A DNA stretch of 63,846 nt, filler included, from Choristocarpus tenellus KU-1152 (lineage: Eukaryota; Protista; Phaeophyceae), in assembly GCA_964200185.2 (NCBI GenBank). It is 12 parts of 12 records of this genome, joined end to end, with 100 filler letters (N's around TTAATTAATTAA, not from the genome) between each part and the next. Parts side by side here need not be neighbours in the genome. Positions count along the whole stretch, not along the records: positions 28,711 to 40,475 come from CAXNAD020002151.1; positions 40,576 to 45,291 come from CAXNAD020013361.1; positions 45,392 to 54,404 come from CAXNAD020004085.1; 9 more parts are not named here. One strand, 5' to 3'. The notes beneath the pieces are model-generated. The model was not told the DNA's origin. It saw nothing but the letters and a program-made list of their open reading frames with translations, and did not search any database. Below, one piece after another: positions 37,896 to 49,921 of this stretch (position 1 is its first letter; every line of letters starts with the position of its first letter). The position numbers and the translations under genes were made by a program.

Positions 37896-39205
37896 TAGTG
37901 GTGCCAGTCCAGAAGCTTCGCTCTCTGGTGTCGTCCCATCATAACTTTTGATGTAGAAATCGGATTTAAAAAATAAAAAGCATATTCGTGATGCCCGTCA
38001 CAAGGGCCTCCAGAGTACAGGCTTCGGGATTTTTTTTTGCCATTTTTTTCTTTTTTTGAAGAAAGAGCGCTTATATTGGGGTTCGAACCCCTGCACCATT
38101 ACTTGGCTAAAGTATAGGGTTTAGGCGGGAAAAAAGCCTTCCCACCCTTTCTTCCTGTGCGTTCACGCACTCACTCTTTGACCTCGGTAAGGATGTCCTC
38201 GTCGACGCCCATAACGAAACACCTCTCATAGTGCCCTTCCTTGTTCCGACACCTTGATGTGGCCCTTAGTTAGGAAGTCTCTGTCCCATTTACTCACAGT
38301 TTCCGACCTGACCATCGCATATCCTGCTGCCATCTCGAGCACCGTTTGACGGTCTTTCCTGTCGTTCATACACAGGTACAGGATTCGCAGTGTTAGAGCC
38401 TTCACTATCACATTTCCTCGTTGAGCGCCGGAAATGAGCGTCATCCATGTTCTTGCAGGTGATATCTTATCACAAGGCGCAAGGGCGAGGGAGGACAGAC
38501 TTGAGTTGATCGAAAATTGTGTTAATTTCTCAAATGAATGCTGGCGGGGAGAAAGCTATGATCAACTTTATATGTCCAACTCTAAGTCCAGGAACAAAAG
38601 TAAATGTACGACATCTTGCAAGAATAGGGAGACACCAAACCATTGGTGTGCAAATAGTCTCAATCTCACCTCCTCTTCTTCCTTGGCATCCTCATCGATG
38701 GCTACCTCCACCTGCTTCGCAACCTCTTCTAAGTAAAGGATTTGGTGATAACAAAAAGTCTCCACAGCTGCCTTTGTTTGATCGCTTTCTCCTCCGCCTT
38801 GCGAGCCGTTTCGACCTTCTTTCGGGCTTTAGAGGCCTTGTAGCCCAACCCTACCACCTTCTTTCTCGTTTGCTTAAGCTACTCCGGCTCGCACAGCTTC
38901 CAAATAGCCAGGGCCTGCTGCAACTGTCGACTACTAAGATATTCTACGCCCGGGTTTTCGCTTAGGAGTTTCCTGAGTGCAACGGCACGCAGACGCACTG
39001 CTCTCTTCCCCAACGTTCCCTTCGGCCAGTCACCCTGGTTCTCCCTTCGCCTGCTGTGACCAGGCTTCCCCACGGACTTCATCCCTGTACCACCTGATGA
39101 TGAACTTGCCGCTCTCTTCCTGCTTTCCCGAGGCGGCAGAGACTGCAGAGCAGTGCTCTGACGTGGTTGAAGATCCAACCACGTTTGTGTAGTAATGCTT
39201 TCCAT
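37896..39205 (-). mobile_element. Internally deleted IS630/Tc1/mariner element: N-terminal transposase relic joined to the 3' end
   Basis: Minus strand reads ...ETVSKWDRDFLTKGHIKVSEQG/HYERCFVMGVDEDILTEVKE*VRERTGRKG, then a ~190-bp terminal region homologous to 17175-17359 that ends ccacta next to TA. Confidence 0.7.
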
Positions 39206-40893
39206 GCATCTTCTCTCGGCGTCAGTGTCGTGGCCCCATGATCCATTTCGTGATTTGATTATGCTGCTGCACTACACTACTAGGACTTTCTCACAACCTA
39301 ACATCGCAGTGAGTGTGACACGGTACTTGTTTTTCTGTCGCCTCTTGACAGAGAAGGTGCCGAGCGTAGATCCAGGGGACAGAGTGGGCTCGGTGGCTCT
39401 CCTTGTCTCACCGTCATGGTTCATGTTGCTGTGGAAGTGTTGAAACCTGATTTCGAATGAGTTGTGTGTTGTTATGATGTGTCTGGTTTGTGACGAAGGA
39501 CATCATAGCGCAACAAAGCACTGATGAATTTGTTCTGGTAGGTCTGATGACATGTTGCATTCAGTCAGTGTTTGATGTGAAGGTACGTTTGGTTGTGCTA
39601 TGAATAACACAGTTAGAGGCAAGTGTGTGTCATAGTGTAACAAGACACCTGCAGGTTCGGTCTGGTGCGTCTGAAGGGATGTCTTACTCAACCATACTTT
39701 GGTTGGAGTGAAATGGGTACTGGTACGTCTGTAGCATGTTTTACTGAAGCAAATTGTGATTGATAGAAACATTGTGGTCATTCATTAAGGCGCTCAAATT
39801 AAGAAATTCATCCTCTGTGAAGAGGGTTGTCACCTTGGCAGAGAAGGGTTTCGAAGAATGGTTTTAACTTTGTTTATATTGCCTCCTGGCATGTGTCTTA
39901 CACGTGTTGCAGAGTAAACAGCATGTCTTGTGAAGTAAAAAAATAAGAATCAACACATGCTATGCAACTGATAACTTGTGTGAAAAAGAAGTAACACGAG
40001 GAAGAAAGAAGAAGTCAAGCTTGAATCCATATCTAACGTAACTACTGTCACACATAGTATGCCTATATGAGCGATAGTTACCGACTGTTCCTATACTTCC
40101 TATATCCTGTGATCTTCTGAGTGAATTGTGATGTTGAGCTAATGGGCTAATGATGAAATTGGGTATAGCGACCATTACAATGGACAAATCAACGTTCACT
40201 ATGGGCTGACGATGCTGTGTCATATTATTATGCTGTATGTATTTATTATAATTATGCTGTATCATATCAAAGCAAATCGAATGAGTAGCCTATGTTTTAA
40301 CAGTAATATTTAAGCAGTAATAATTAAGCAGCGACAATTATCTGTGACGTATGGCAAAAGATTGACCATTTATACCGTTATACACACGTTACTACTTTGT
40401 ATATTTATTTATTATTATTATTATTATGCCCTCTGACATTTTGCAGATGTGTCAGGTGGGAAACCAATGAAAACTNNNNNNNNNNNNNNNNNNNNNNNNN
40501 NNNNNNNNNNNNNNNNNNNTTAATTAATTAANNNNNNNNNNNNNNNNNNNNNNNNNNNNNNNNNNNNNNNNNNNNCATTGGGGGACTGGGCCGTCTTCCT
40601 TGTTTTGGGAAGAAGGCACGAAGACGGAAGGGCAGGAAACCAAAGTACACACCATGACTTTGTGCAGTTTGCAAGCAGTGCCGACCTCTCAAATCAGGAC
40701 CAAGACTGTACAACGTATTCTGATTGGCTAAGGGAAGCCCTGGGTAGCATACAGCAATTCTGATTGGCTAAGGGGGACTTGTGGATGCCACAGGCAATTC
40801 ATCGCCCCCATGGACCAAGAAGTAGTATAATAGCACAAATCGCCTTATGTTTGTGGTTACACTAAGTCTGCATCAGAAGCAGTCTCGACCTAT

Positions 40894-40930
40894 ATACATA
40901 CATACATACATACATACATACATACATACA
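40894..40930. repeat. (TACA)n microsatellite
   Basis: About nine tandem TACA units. Confidence 0.9.
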
Positions 40931-43900
40931 TGCATGCATTTCACCAGGAAAAACAAAACAACCGAGCAACAAAATCAACTGACTTCCATTCAACAAAGGG
41001 GATCCTGGTGATATCACCCAACCCAGCTGTGAAAAAAATCAGTCCTTTATCAGAAGCAAGATCTGCACAATAAAACTGAAAAATGGAACGCGGGTGATGG
41101 AACGCCTCATACACAGCAGGTGTTGCGGGAACCTTTGAGATAAAATGACACCTTTGTTGAAAGAAAATGAAACGACTTCTTTCTGTTGGGAGACTGCAAT
41201 GACAGGTGCATCGCGATGCAACAAATCTTCTTGACACCAGTTACAAGCGGAGTTCACCCTTTCTTCGGGTCACAATGCACACTCGTCCCCTCTCCCACTC
41301 GACTTGGACACACTCCAATACCCTATCCTTGGCAAGAAAAACAAAGAGCAAATTAACGCTCAACTCAGTCGCAGGTGACATCGCCTTCGAACAAGCACAC
41401 ATGAAGCATACGCACAAACTATTTGTACGTGCCGCAGAGCTCTCCCTTCTGTGCAACACAGTAATAACAGTTACTTCGACGCTTCAGTGGTCATTGGTGG
41501 CAGTGGTAACCCTAACCCTCACCCTCAGAGTCCAACGGACAAGACAAAAACATGTTCCAAAAATGCACAAAAGCATGGGGGAATATTATCATGATTTGAA
41601 AATATCTGCCAGATGTTGCTATGATAGGTATTATATCAAACAAAAACTGTCTAGGGGGCCTGCTTGATGAAGCAGTCTCTTACTGTGGACACAGGGGAGG
41701 GGGAGCGGGGAAGAAACTGTGTATGTTCCACCCCTTCACATCCCCACAGGAGCTATATATGCAACAGCAGCAAAACACTAGCTGCTCCTAGCTTCAACAT
41801 TACTATAGCTGTAAGTGAGCCTTCAATTACACTTCCTAAGCCAAAAATAAATTTACAGGTTCAAGGCAACACATGAGCTGGGATGTAGGATCTCTCTCTC
41901 CCTCCTCCCCCAATCAACACCCTCAAAAATCCACGTATTAGAAAGTTCACTTTTACGTGGTCTCAGAGTCGATTCACACAATCCAGACCTTATTCAAGAC
42001 AACACAAACAACATTTCAGGAAAACTCTGTAGGGAGTAGTGAACAATAATACACAATGCGCAACCCTAGTGTGAACACTACCTGTGTTGTCTGGGCATCA
42101 TACTGCAAGTTGGGAGCCAACATAAGATATCAATATGTTTCTGTATTATTTTTCCCTTTCGTATCAGGCGGTACACTTATCGAACCACAATCACAGGTAT
42201 AAGTCTAGTCCAAGCTGTAGGAGAAACGTCCAACCCATATGCTCTATTTTTCTTTTTTCTCCCCTGGTCGATGCCGTCCCAAAATAAGCAACAAGCAAGA
42301 TGGTGCTTGAAAGTGAGCTAGAGGGTATTGCTACCCATTTATCCCAAGAATAATTAGCAATTCGTGTGTCATGGTGAAAAAAGTATTGACACGGGCGTCA
42401 AAATCTTTGAAAGCTTCCAATTTTTTCTACGAGACGTAGCAGGCCCCTTCCAATCCCTCTCTGGAAGGATTGCTGAAATATGGGACTTCCATATTACCCT
42501 CTGAGCTTGATGTGCATGAAACGATTTCCACTACACTGTGTTATAGGTTAATCTTCATTAGAACTTCAACTCAAATTCAAGCTATGATCCCACTCATCGT
42601 CTGGAGGATACAAGGTCTTCTATTTGTGCGATAAAGGTCATGAGAGTGATTTTTCTCGGAAGTACTTATTAGAACCACTGCCGAGAACTAGAAGTGAGTC
42701 GAGGACATCTCCAAAGGGAGACTAGCAACTTCCATACATCTGTGTATTAGTAACATTTTATGTGTCGCTTGAGTCGCGCAGTCCCTCACCAGGTAAAGCA
42801 TCACACAGCAGAGGAGGGAGGCCTTCCCATTAACCCAGTTTCAGTAACGAACGAAGGATACCATACAATTGGGGGTAATGACTACGATCGGCCTCACACC
42901 ATGGCATCTTTGGGTCGTAACCTTTTATGTCGTTATTGTAGAGAAAAAAAAGTGGATATGTCCATACCTTTCGCAGGGCCTCCTTCTCCTCCGCCGACAT
43001 TGCGCTGGGGCATATTCCCATGATTAAGCAGTTCCAGCTGATGACTCACTGTGGTTGCTCAGCCTCCAAGATCCCCAGCGTTACAACTAGGCCAGTGGTA
43101 ATTCAACCGAACTCTCGTCTCGGGAGCGCTTTCCCTGACAACTATCCCGTAGATGTCCTGAACGGTCAGTAATCACGTGCCTACACGTCAACAAGACTGG
43201 CACGCAAAATCTCACCCCAACTGAGGCGTAAGCTGAGCGCATCAAGATGGAGAGGGAGGATTGCAGAGTAGCAAGGCAAAGGGGTAGGTCGAACTACATC
43301 GAGAAGAGGAAACATTCGAAAGGACCCCAAAGTTGGGTGGCAAGGGGGAAGTCGATTCGAACAATATGAAATATCGTCGTGCGATTTCGACTAACGCCCG
43401 ATTGTTAGCTCCAATACACCGTTTGGGGGGGTAAGAGGGAAATAGCAACTCTCTTACCCCACAAACCGATAGCAAGACCATGGGTACAACCAATGAGCAA
43501 CCCAGAAAGAAAACTCAAAGCGACCACAACGAGTCGGACAAGTCCAATGTAGCAGACATAATGGTCACACTTAACCCTACAATCCCATCCCACCCCGAAC
43601 CCACCAATTGTGGCCTCGTCGCCTCGTCTCCTTCCAAACCTTCCTCCACAAGTCAACCCACAACACAGTTGCAACCCGAACCCTAACCGTTTGGATGTTG
43701 ACTTCAGCTTCCCAAAAAGTTTTGACGAGAGGGGGTGGATGGACAGTCTTTCCCTGTGGCGAGCTATTCGCCAGGGGGAGTTTTGTGTGTGACGAAGATT
43801 TCTGTAGCTGGATCCCACTATTTTTTTACCATATAATCAAAAATAGAAACGGTCGAACACTTTGAAAGTGAACAATGGAGTGCCAGGACGGATAGACTCC

Positions 43901-44522
43901 TTGCCACGTAGTCAATATCCACCTGAATTCAACCTAAGATTAACCATAAAGAACCAAGTGATATATAATCAAGAGCTATTATATCTATTTTCACAAAAAT
44001 ATTATATTTTTCAAATGTCCCAGAAATTAGATTATACTAGGTATTTAATATCAACAATCTACTGTTTACTACGACTCAACGAACTCCACAACGGCAAACC
44101 CCTAAATTTCCGACACTAAATACCACAAAGAACAAGAATCGCACTGCTCGTCTATTCTTGCGAAGGAGAGCGAACTATTTAAAAATGGCGGAAGAACGAC
44201 CTCTTTGGTGTAGGATAAAGCGCCGTTTTTTATAATATTTCATACACTTTCCATTTCTAAAGAGGTGTAATAATGGATATAAGGATCGAATTGTGGTGGG
44301 TTTATTGTACGAAGTATTTATATTTAAATATTGAATATCTTTGTACCAATAGGTTAGAGATGGTGGAGTTTATGCACCCCACAATTAGGCAGGTTGAAGC
44401 TCTTTGACGTCCTACTTCTTTCAAGCAAATCTTATTTCGACTATCCTAATTCCTTGTGGCAAGCACAATAGATTCTACATCAACATCACCTTACTCTGCT
44501 ATTTATCCCATTTCTACAATAA

Positions 44523-45014
44523 TGTTGGATCAACAATGAGGTGAAAACTTCGAGTGAGATCCAGGACAAGATACGAAGGAGGAGACAAGGGGACAGTTAG
44601 TGCAGGATAGCCAAAATCAAAGTGAGAAGTAAAGGTACATATCTCTTCGCAGTACAAGTAGTTATAATATAGTGGAAACAGTTACAGTTAGTGTGAGAAG
44701 TATGGTGGAACCCTAATCTCTAACCTCAAATGGGGATAGTCTCCTGACTAAAGTGTGTAAGAAAATAGTACTATTTTTGTTCCAGAATTTCTTCACTCTA
44801 TTTGTGAACTATTGACCTATAGTTGGAGACATTTCTACCGACTCCTCCACTACTTCTCGTGCTACCTACTGAAACTATCTGTTCCAATACGACTAATTGT
44901 ATTGCCTCTCTTCTTACCTTGATTCTCGTGCGTTGAGTCCAGCCATCTCATCGCTTGTCCCCTTCGCCTCCTCCCTCAAATCTTGTGCTAGACCTGCCTA
45001 GCCGTCACTCAGCA
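44523..45014. mobile_element. Two degenerate LTR-like segments in inverted orientation
   Basis: The reverse complement of ~44555-44595 (ctgtccccttgtctcctccttcgtatcttgtcctggatct) matches ~44955-44995 (ttgtccccttcgcctcctccctcaaatcttgtgctagacct). Ends are tgttgga and tcagca. Confidence 0.35.
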
Positions 45015-45273
45015 AAATTAAATATTTCCACCTTGTTCTTGGTGCATTATTTTTGTGGAAAGCGACGAATAGGAATTGTGCAGATGTGAATGTGAAATCC
45101 ATAGTGCTTCCTGAGTGACCTGTGGATAATCGAGACCAGATTCATTGGAACAAGTACTGTACCATCGATGGGTATCAAACCTGCAAAACTCGTGCAGGGA
45201 ACAGCCTCCTAACGAGCTGAAAAACAAGAACTCTCATTATAATTCCATCGACACCAGACTTCTTCTCGTGGGG

Positions 45274-45416
45274 GGGTCAAAGTATCTGGGGNNNNNNNNN
45301 NNNNNNNNNNNNNNNNNNNNNNNNNNNNNNNNNNNTTAATTAATTAANNNNNNNNNNNNNNNNNNNNNNNNNNNNNNNNNNNNNNNNNNNNATCCCCCCC
45401 CCAGATACTTTTGGTC
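45274..45416. mobile_element. MITE family B termini on both sides of a spacer
   Basis: gggtcaaagtatctggg before the gap and ccccagatacttttggtc after it. Confidence 0.75.
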
Positions 45417-45626
45417 TGAACTCTCCCCTATCCTTCCAAGAATTGATAGTTTCTTCCTACCCGTTTCTGTATTGACACTGCCTCCTCCCCAAACCTCCCT
45501 TTTGTTATTTGCCAACTGATACCTTCATTGTTAACATCCACCCATACGCCTTGTTGAACAACCACATCGCTTGTAACTCCTGCATTGCAGTCAGCATGTT
45601 CAAATCGAAGTCCATGCTAGGAAAAT

Positions 45627-45884
45627 GTGTGGAATTATCTTTGAGGGTACGAGTTTTGCCCTGGATGTCTGTTAGGGGCTTGGCTTCCCATGTTTTTTTT
45701 AAATGACGTTTTCCTTCTCCGAAATGATTCAGAGGAGGTAAAATGCGTACCTTACGAAAAAGTGTCTGGAACAAGGATATTGACACTTCCTAACAAACAC
45801 CATAGCCAAAATCACATCAAAATCGCAACATTGGGTTTTGACCCCCAAATAGACGCGGCTCTACCCTCTAAGATACTTTGGCTC
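45627..45884 (+). mobile_element. MITE family A copy (diverged left end)
   Basis: Runs gtgtggaattatctttgagggtacgag...taccctctaagatactttggctc. Confidence 0.88.
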
Positions 45885-48800
45885 TAAGGTTGATATTTGT
45901 CATACTCTTCGCGTATTCTTTTGGACTGCTCCCAACTGAATGAGAAAATTGCGAGCAGCCTAATTTTTTCCTTCGTAATATTATTGCTATGCGCAAACAC
46001 TATGACATACCCAGAGTATATCTTTACCTGTATTATCTTATCCCAGATGGTATCTGCAGCTGCACTCTTACAGATAGATTCCCTTCTACTGCCAATGTTT
46101 CTCGCAATCCAAGTCAAAGTAAACGAGAGGTACCAAAGTCTTGACCGTTTTGCATGTTATGCCACTTGTTTCATCTTCTGCGATTTACTCTTATTTTCAT
46201 GGTTCAAGTGTTAAGATTGATACGACATTATTGATTTGTTCTAGTGATTGGATCATTTTCGGTAAAATCAAAGTGCTTTTTAAGTATACAAAATACCGAT
46301 TTTGAACAGAATTGTCACTATTCTAACAATGCAACTCTCGTTTTCTTTTACTCTGTGCAACTAAAGCCAGTCGCTCTTGCCTCCAAATCAAAGTGCGACC
46401 TCTTAGTTTTCCTTTCCCCTTTCCTTGAGGGCAGCTAGTAAGTCCCCCCCTATCCCTAGTATTATGATGCGTTCCTTGCTATTTCCCCCACTCCACCTGG
46501 TCTGAATACGAGCAATCCTGCTGCTGTGTTTGACAACACTCAGAACAATATCAGTAACTGCCTGGATTTATCACTTTGGACCTTCCCTTACCGACCTCCC
46601 CACCTAGAACCCTCCTGCTGATGACACCCAAATGTCTCTCGCTGACCCCGAGTACTCCTCAAGTCCTGTTTCTAAACTCTTGCCCACTTGTAACCCCTTC
46701 CACTTCTCTTGCCTGCCTGACCTTCACTCTACATCTCTCTAGCCCTGACCCCCTTCCTCATGGTTGCCTGACAATACCAATTCCTCCTCTCCTTGAATAT
46801 ACCCATAATAAGGAGAATATAAAACTTCTGACCTCAGAGTGGAATAGATCGTTGTTCGCCTCATCCTTTTTGTTGAATTCGACTATGGACGTGCCTAACC
46901 CTAATGCTAACCCTAACCGTGGTAAGCACCTCCCTAGTTCATCCGATTCATAAAAAGCTACGGCGAATGATCAAATCTACTAAAACACCTGAAATTTTAC
47001 CAGATTCCTATACCGGTAGGCAGACCAAACTTTCTGAGAAAGAAGAATTACGTAAGCTGAACTTGAATCATTAAGTTTTCTATGGTGGAACATCATCACA
47101 ATTACAACTTCATACAGTTGTCAGCACACTCCACATATAGATTCTTGATTACTGATGGTTTAGTTTCACTCTTCAAATCTCGACAGGCATATTTTCCTGT
47201 CCAATTCCTTGATCATTCTGACAAAACCACTACCACTACAGATAGATGTACATCATTTCATTGAGTAATTCCCACTCCTTTTTTCTTGGCTCGTCCAAAC
47301 AAATAGTACTGTAATAGGTTACATGAAATCGTCTTAATACAAGGAAGTAGTAGGTGCCTTGCACAAATGGGCAACAAAAAGTAGCTAGGTCCTCTATACA
47401 ATACAATAATTATACATCCAATCCTCACTTATGGAAGATAGAAATTGTTGTGACCCAAATACAAGTTACAACCAATCTGTATGAGGCTAGGCATACCCAT
47501 CTCGCAAAATTGACAAAGCAATATTCAGGGTTGTACCTGGTTAGATCCAAGGGCCGAATTGACTAACCACGGTAACAATAATACTACTACTCTGGAGTAG
47601 AGTCAAAGTAAATGAGAGGTACCCAGGTTTTGACAGTTTCGCATTTCCAAGCGAGTTTTTTTAATATTTTGCGATCCACCCATATTTCTATGGACGAAGT
47701 GCTAAGTTTGACTTGAGAGCGTCCATTTCTCCAACTTCTTTTTTTCAACTTTTCGGCAGAATTGAGAAAACGTGCTTTCTGCATTTGTACAAAGAGTCGA
47801 ATTTTGCGCATATTTGTCATGTCAGCATCCTTAAAATACCACTCTGGATACAAATACTTGAGACTCAGTAGGAAGTTTTTACCTGAGTTGTTGGGGCTCA
47901 AATGCTTAAGGCGCATCATCGCTCTGTAGAAAATACGACATTATCATACCCTCTGACATTTTGCAGTTGCAACAGGAAAAACCAAAAGTATACTACAACA
48001 CAGAATGTTGTAATATCCATAAATGCAGCAAATGTTAGTTGACATCAATGCCAAAACACCTCCCAAAAAAAAACTACTTGAAAATTCACAACACAAAAAT
48101 GTCTCCTAAAAAGGTTCACTCCAGAGTAATATGTTCAATCCTGCTATGCCTCCAACCTAGCCTAGCCCTTTAAAGGTGGGTGAGGACCCAGGGAATTGTC
48201 GTTGTTGTTTCGGATTGTCACACATCACAAATCTAATCATCAATTCAATCTCTACTAAAGAGAGAAGTACCACCAACAAAGCAAACGCTTACTATATTTC
48301 AAGTAGTGAAAAAAAAAATGCTGAAACAAGAGAGAAATTCCAAAAGAAAATTGAAGCGACATATCAATAAAACGTTCAAACTGTAGGTAAGAAGATTACT
48401 CCACTCAGTCCGAGAAGATTATTAGTATCACCAGAACCAAGGTCTAATTCTCCAAAAAGGTCCCAACCAAGGTCCATTTGGGACCTCCATACAAAAAGAA
48501 ATCATATCAAAGAAAAGAGGGGGAGAGAAGGGGGAGGGGAGGGATATGCACTCCTTCATTGCAGTCTTTTCAAGTCAAAATCACACCATGCTCAAAAAGA
48601 GCAAAAAACCTTCCAAAGAATCAAGCAATAAACTGCGTTGGAAGTGTGCTATATGTCATCACCAAGTGAATGTCTGGAGAAACATATACTTGGAAGTCTC
48701 CACTTCCTATACTCCCCAGAGCAGGAGGTCCAAATCCAATTTAGCTATAATTTACTAGCAAAGATACCCTAAACCCAACATATTTGAAGAGCAAGGGTAT

Positions 48801-49921
48801 ACATAATCAATGACATTCATTTTCAAACAGTGAAAAGTTCACTTCAAAACATGCAACCTAGACAAGCGGTGAGATAATCCATTGATCTTTTTTTTTACTG
48901 TTAATTCTGTATGCTATCACTACTCCTACTACTCCACTCATGTGCTCATAGCCCAGACATTCAACCCCAGCAGCCTACTGATACAGCCTGAGCAGACCAC
49001 ACCTTCAACAACAAAATTGCGTTTCTTGGTGTATTTGTGATGATACTTGCTTTCCTGTTTTATGCGTACCTACCCACTACACGGAAGCAATATAGTATCA
49101 ACACAACAGTCCAAGCCAACCAGTCACACACACATAAAACACATTATACACTATCACCAACCACAAGTAAGAATACAGTCAACCGTCAATAACACTGCCC
49201 ACTATAAGGGCACACAGTGAGGGAAAAGTAGCAGCAATAGATGCAACTTACCAAGGCAAGCAAGCAAGCAAACAGCGCACATCCCCCCCCCCCAAAAAAA
49301 AAAGTAACAACAGTCAGTCCAATAGGTGCCACGGAAGAGCTTTTTTAGAAGTACACAGCAATAAGAATTTGAACCAGATGGATGCCACGATTCATGGGGG
49401 GATTCTTACAGGGCTGCAGGCCCAACATCATACAGAGGTGGTGGTCACTACTAACAGCTATCATAGTCATCTCCCACATTGACTCTACACACACTCACCG
49501 GCAAGACTGCAGACTTCAGACTGCAGGACCCACCATAGCTCCACCTTGCTCAGCCTCAAGACCTGCATGCTCTCCAGACAATAAAGGAGTGTATGATACC
49601 CCTATTTTACTCATCCTTCTGTGACTACCTGCGATTTTTATGACACGTAACCCTGCAACATCCTACATCTCCTCAAAAGAAATACAAAACATGGACGTAC
49701 GGTAACTATAGCATACTAAATCATCCCTTAGAGCTAGCACAACAACACTCTCTATTACTCCACTATTCAGCACCACTGTCACACGTAGACTATAACATAC
49801 ACATAATACACACAGCCTCGCTTGCTACTAGCAACTTTTATAAAATCTACTTGGTCAACTGACTTCTGCTGCTCCTGCTCCTGCTGATGCTGCTGCTGCT
49901 GCTCCCATCAAAACAAAAACA

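Noticed and set aside
42300-44120. Possible LTR retrotransposon internal region
   Set aside because: No gag, protease, RT or integrase motif could be identified with confidence.
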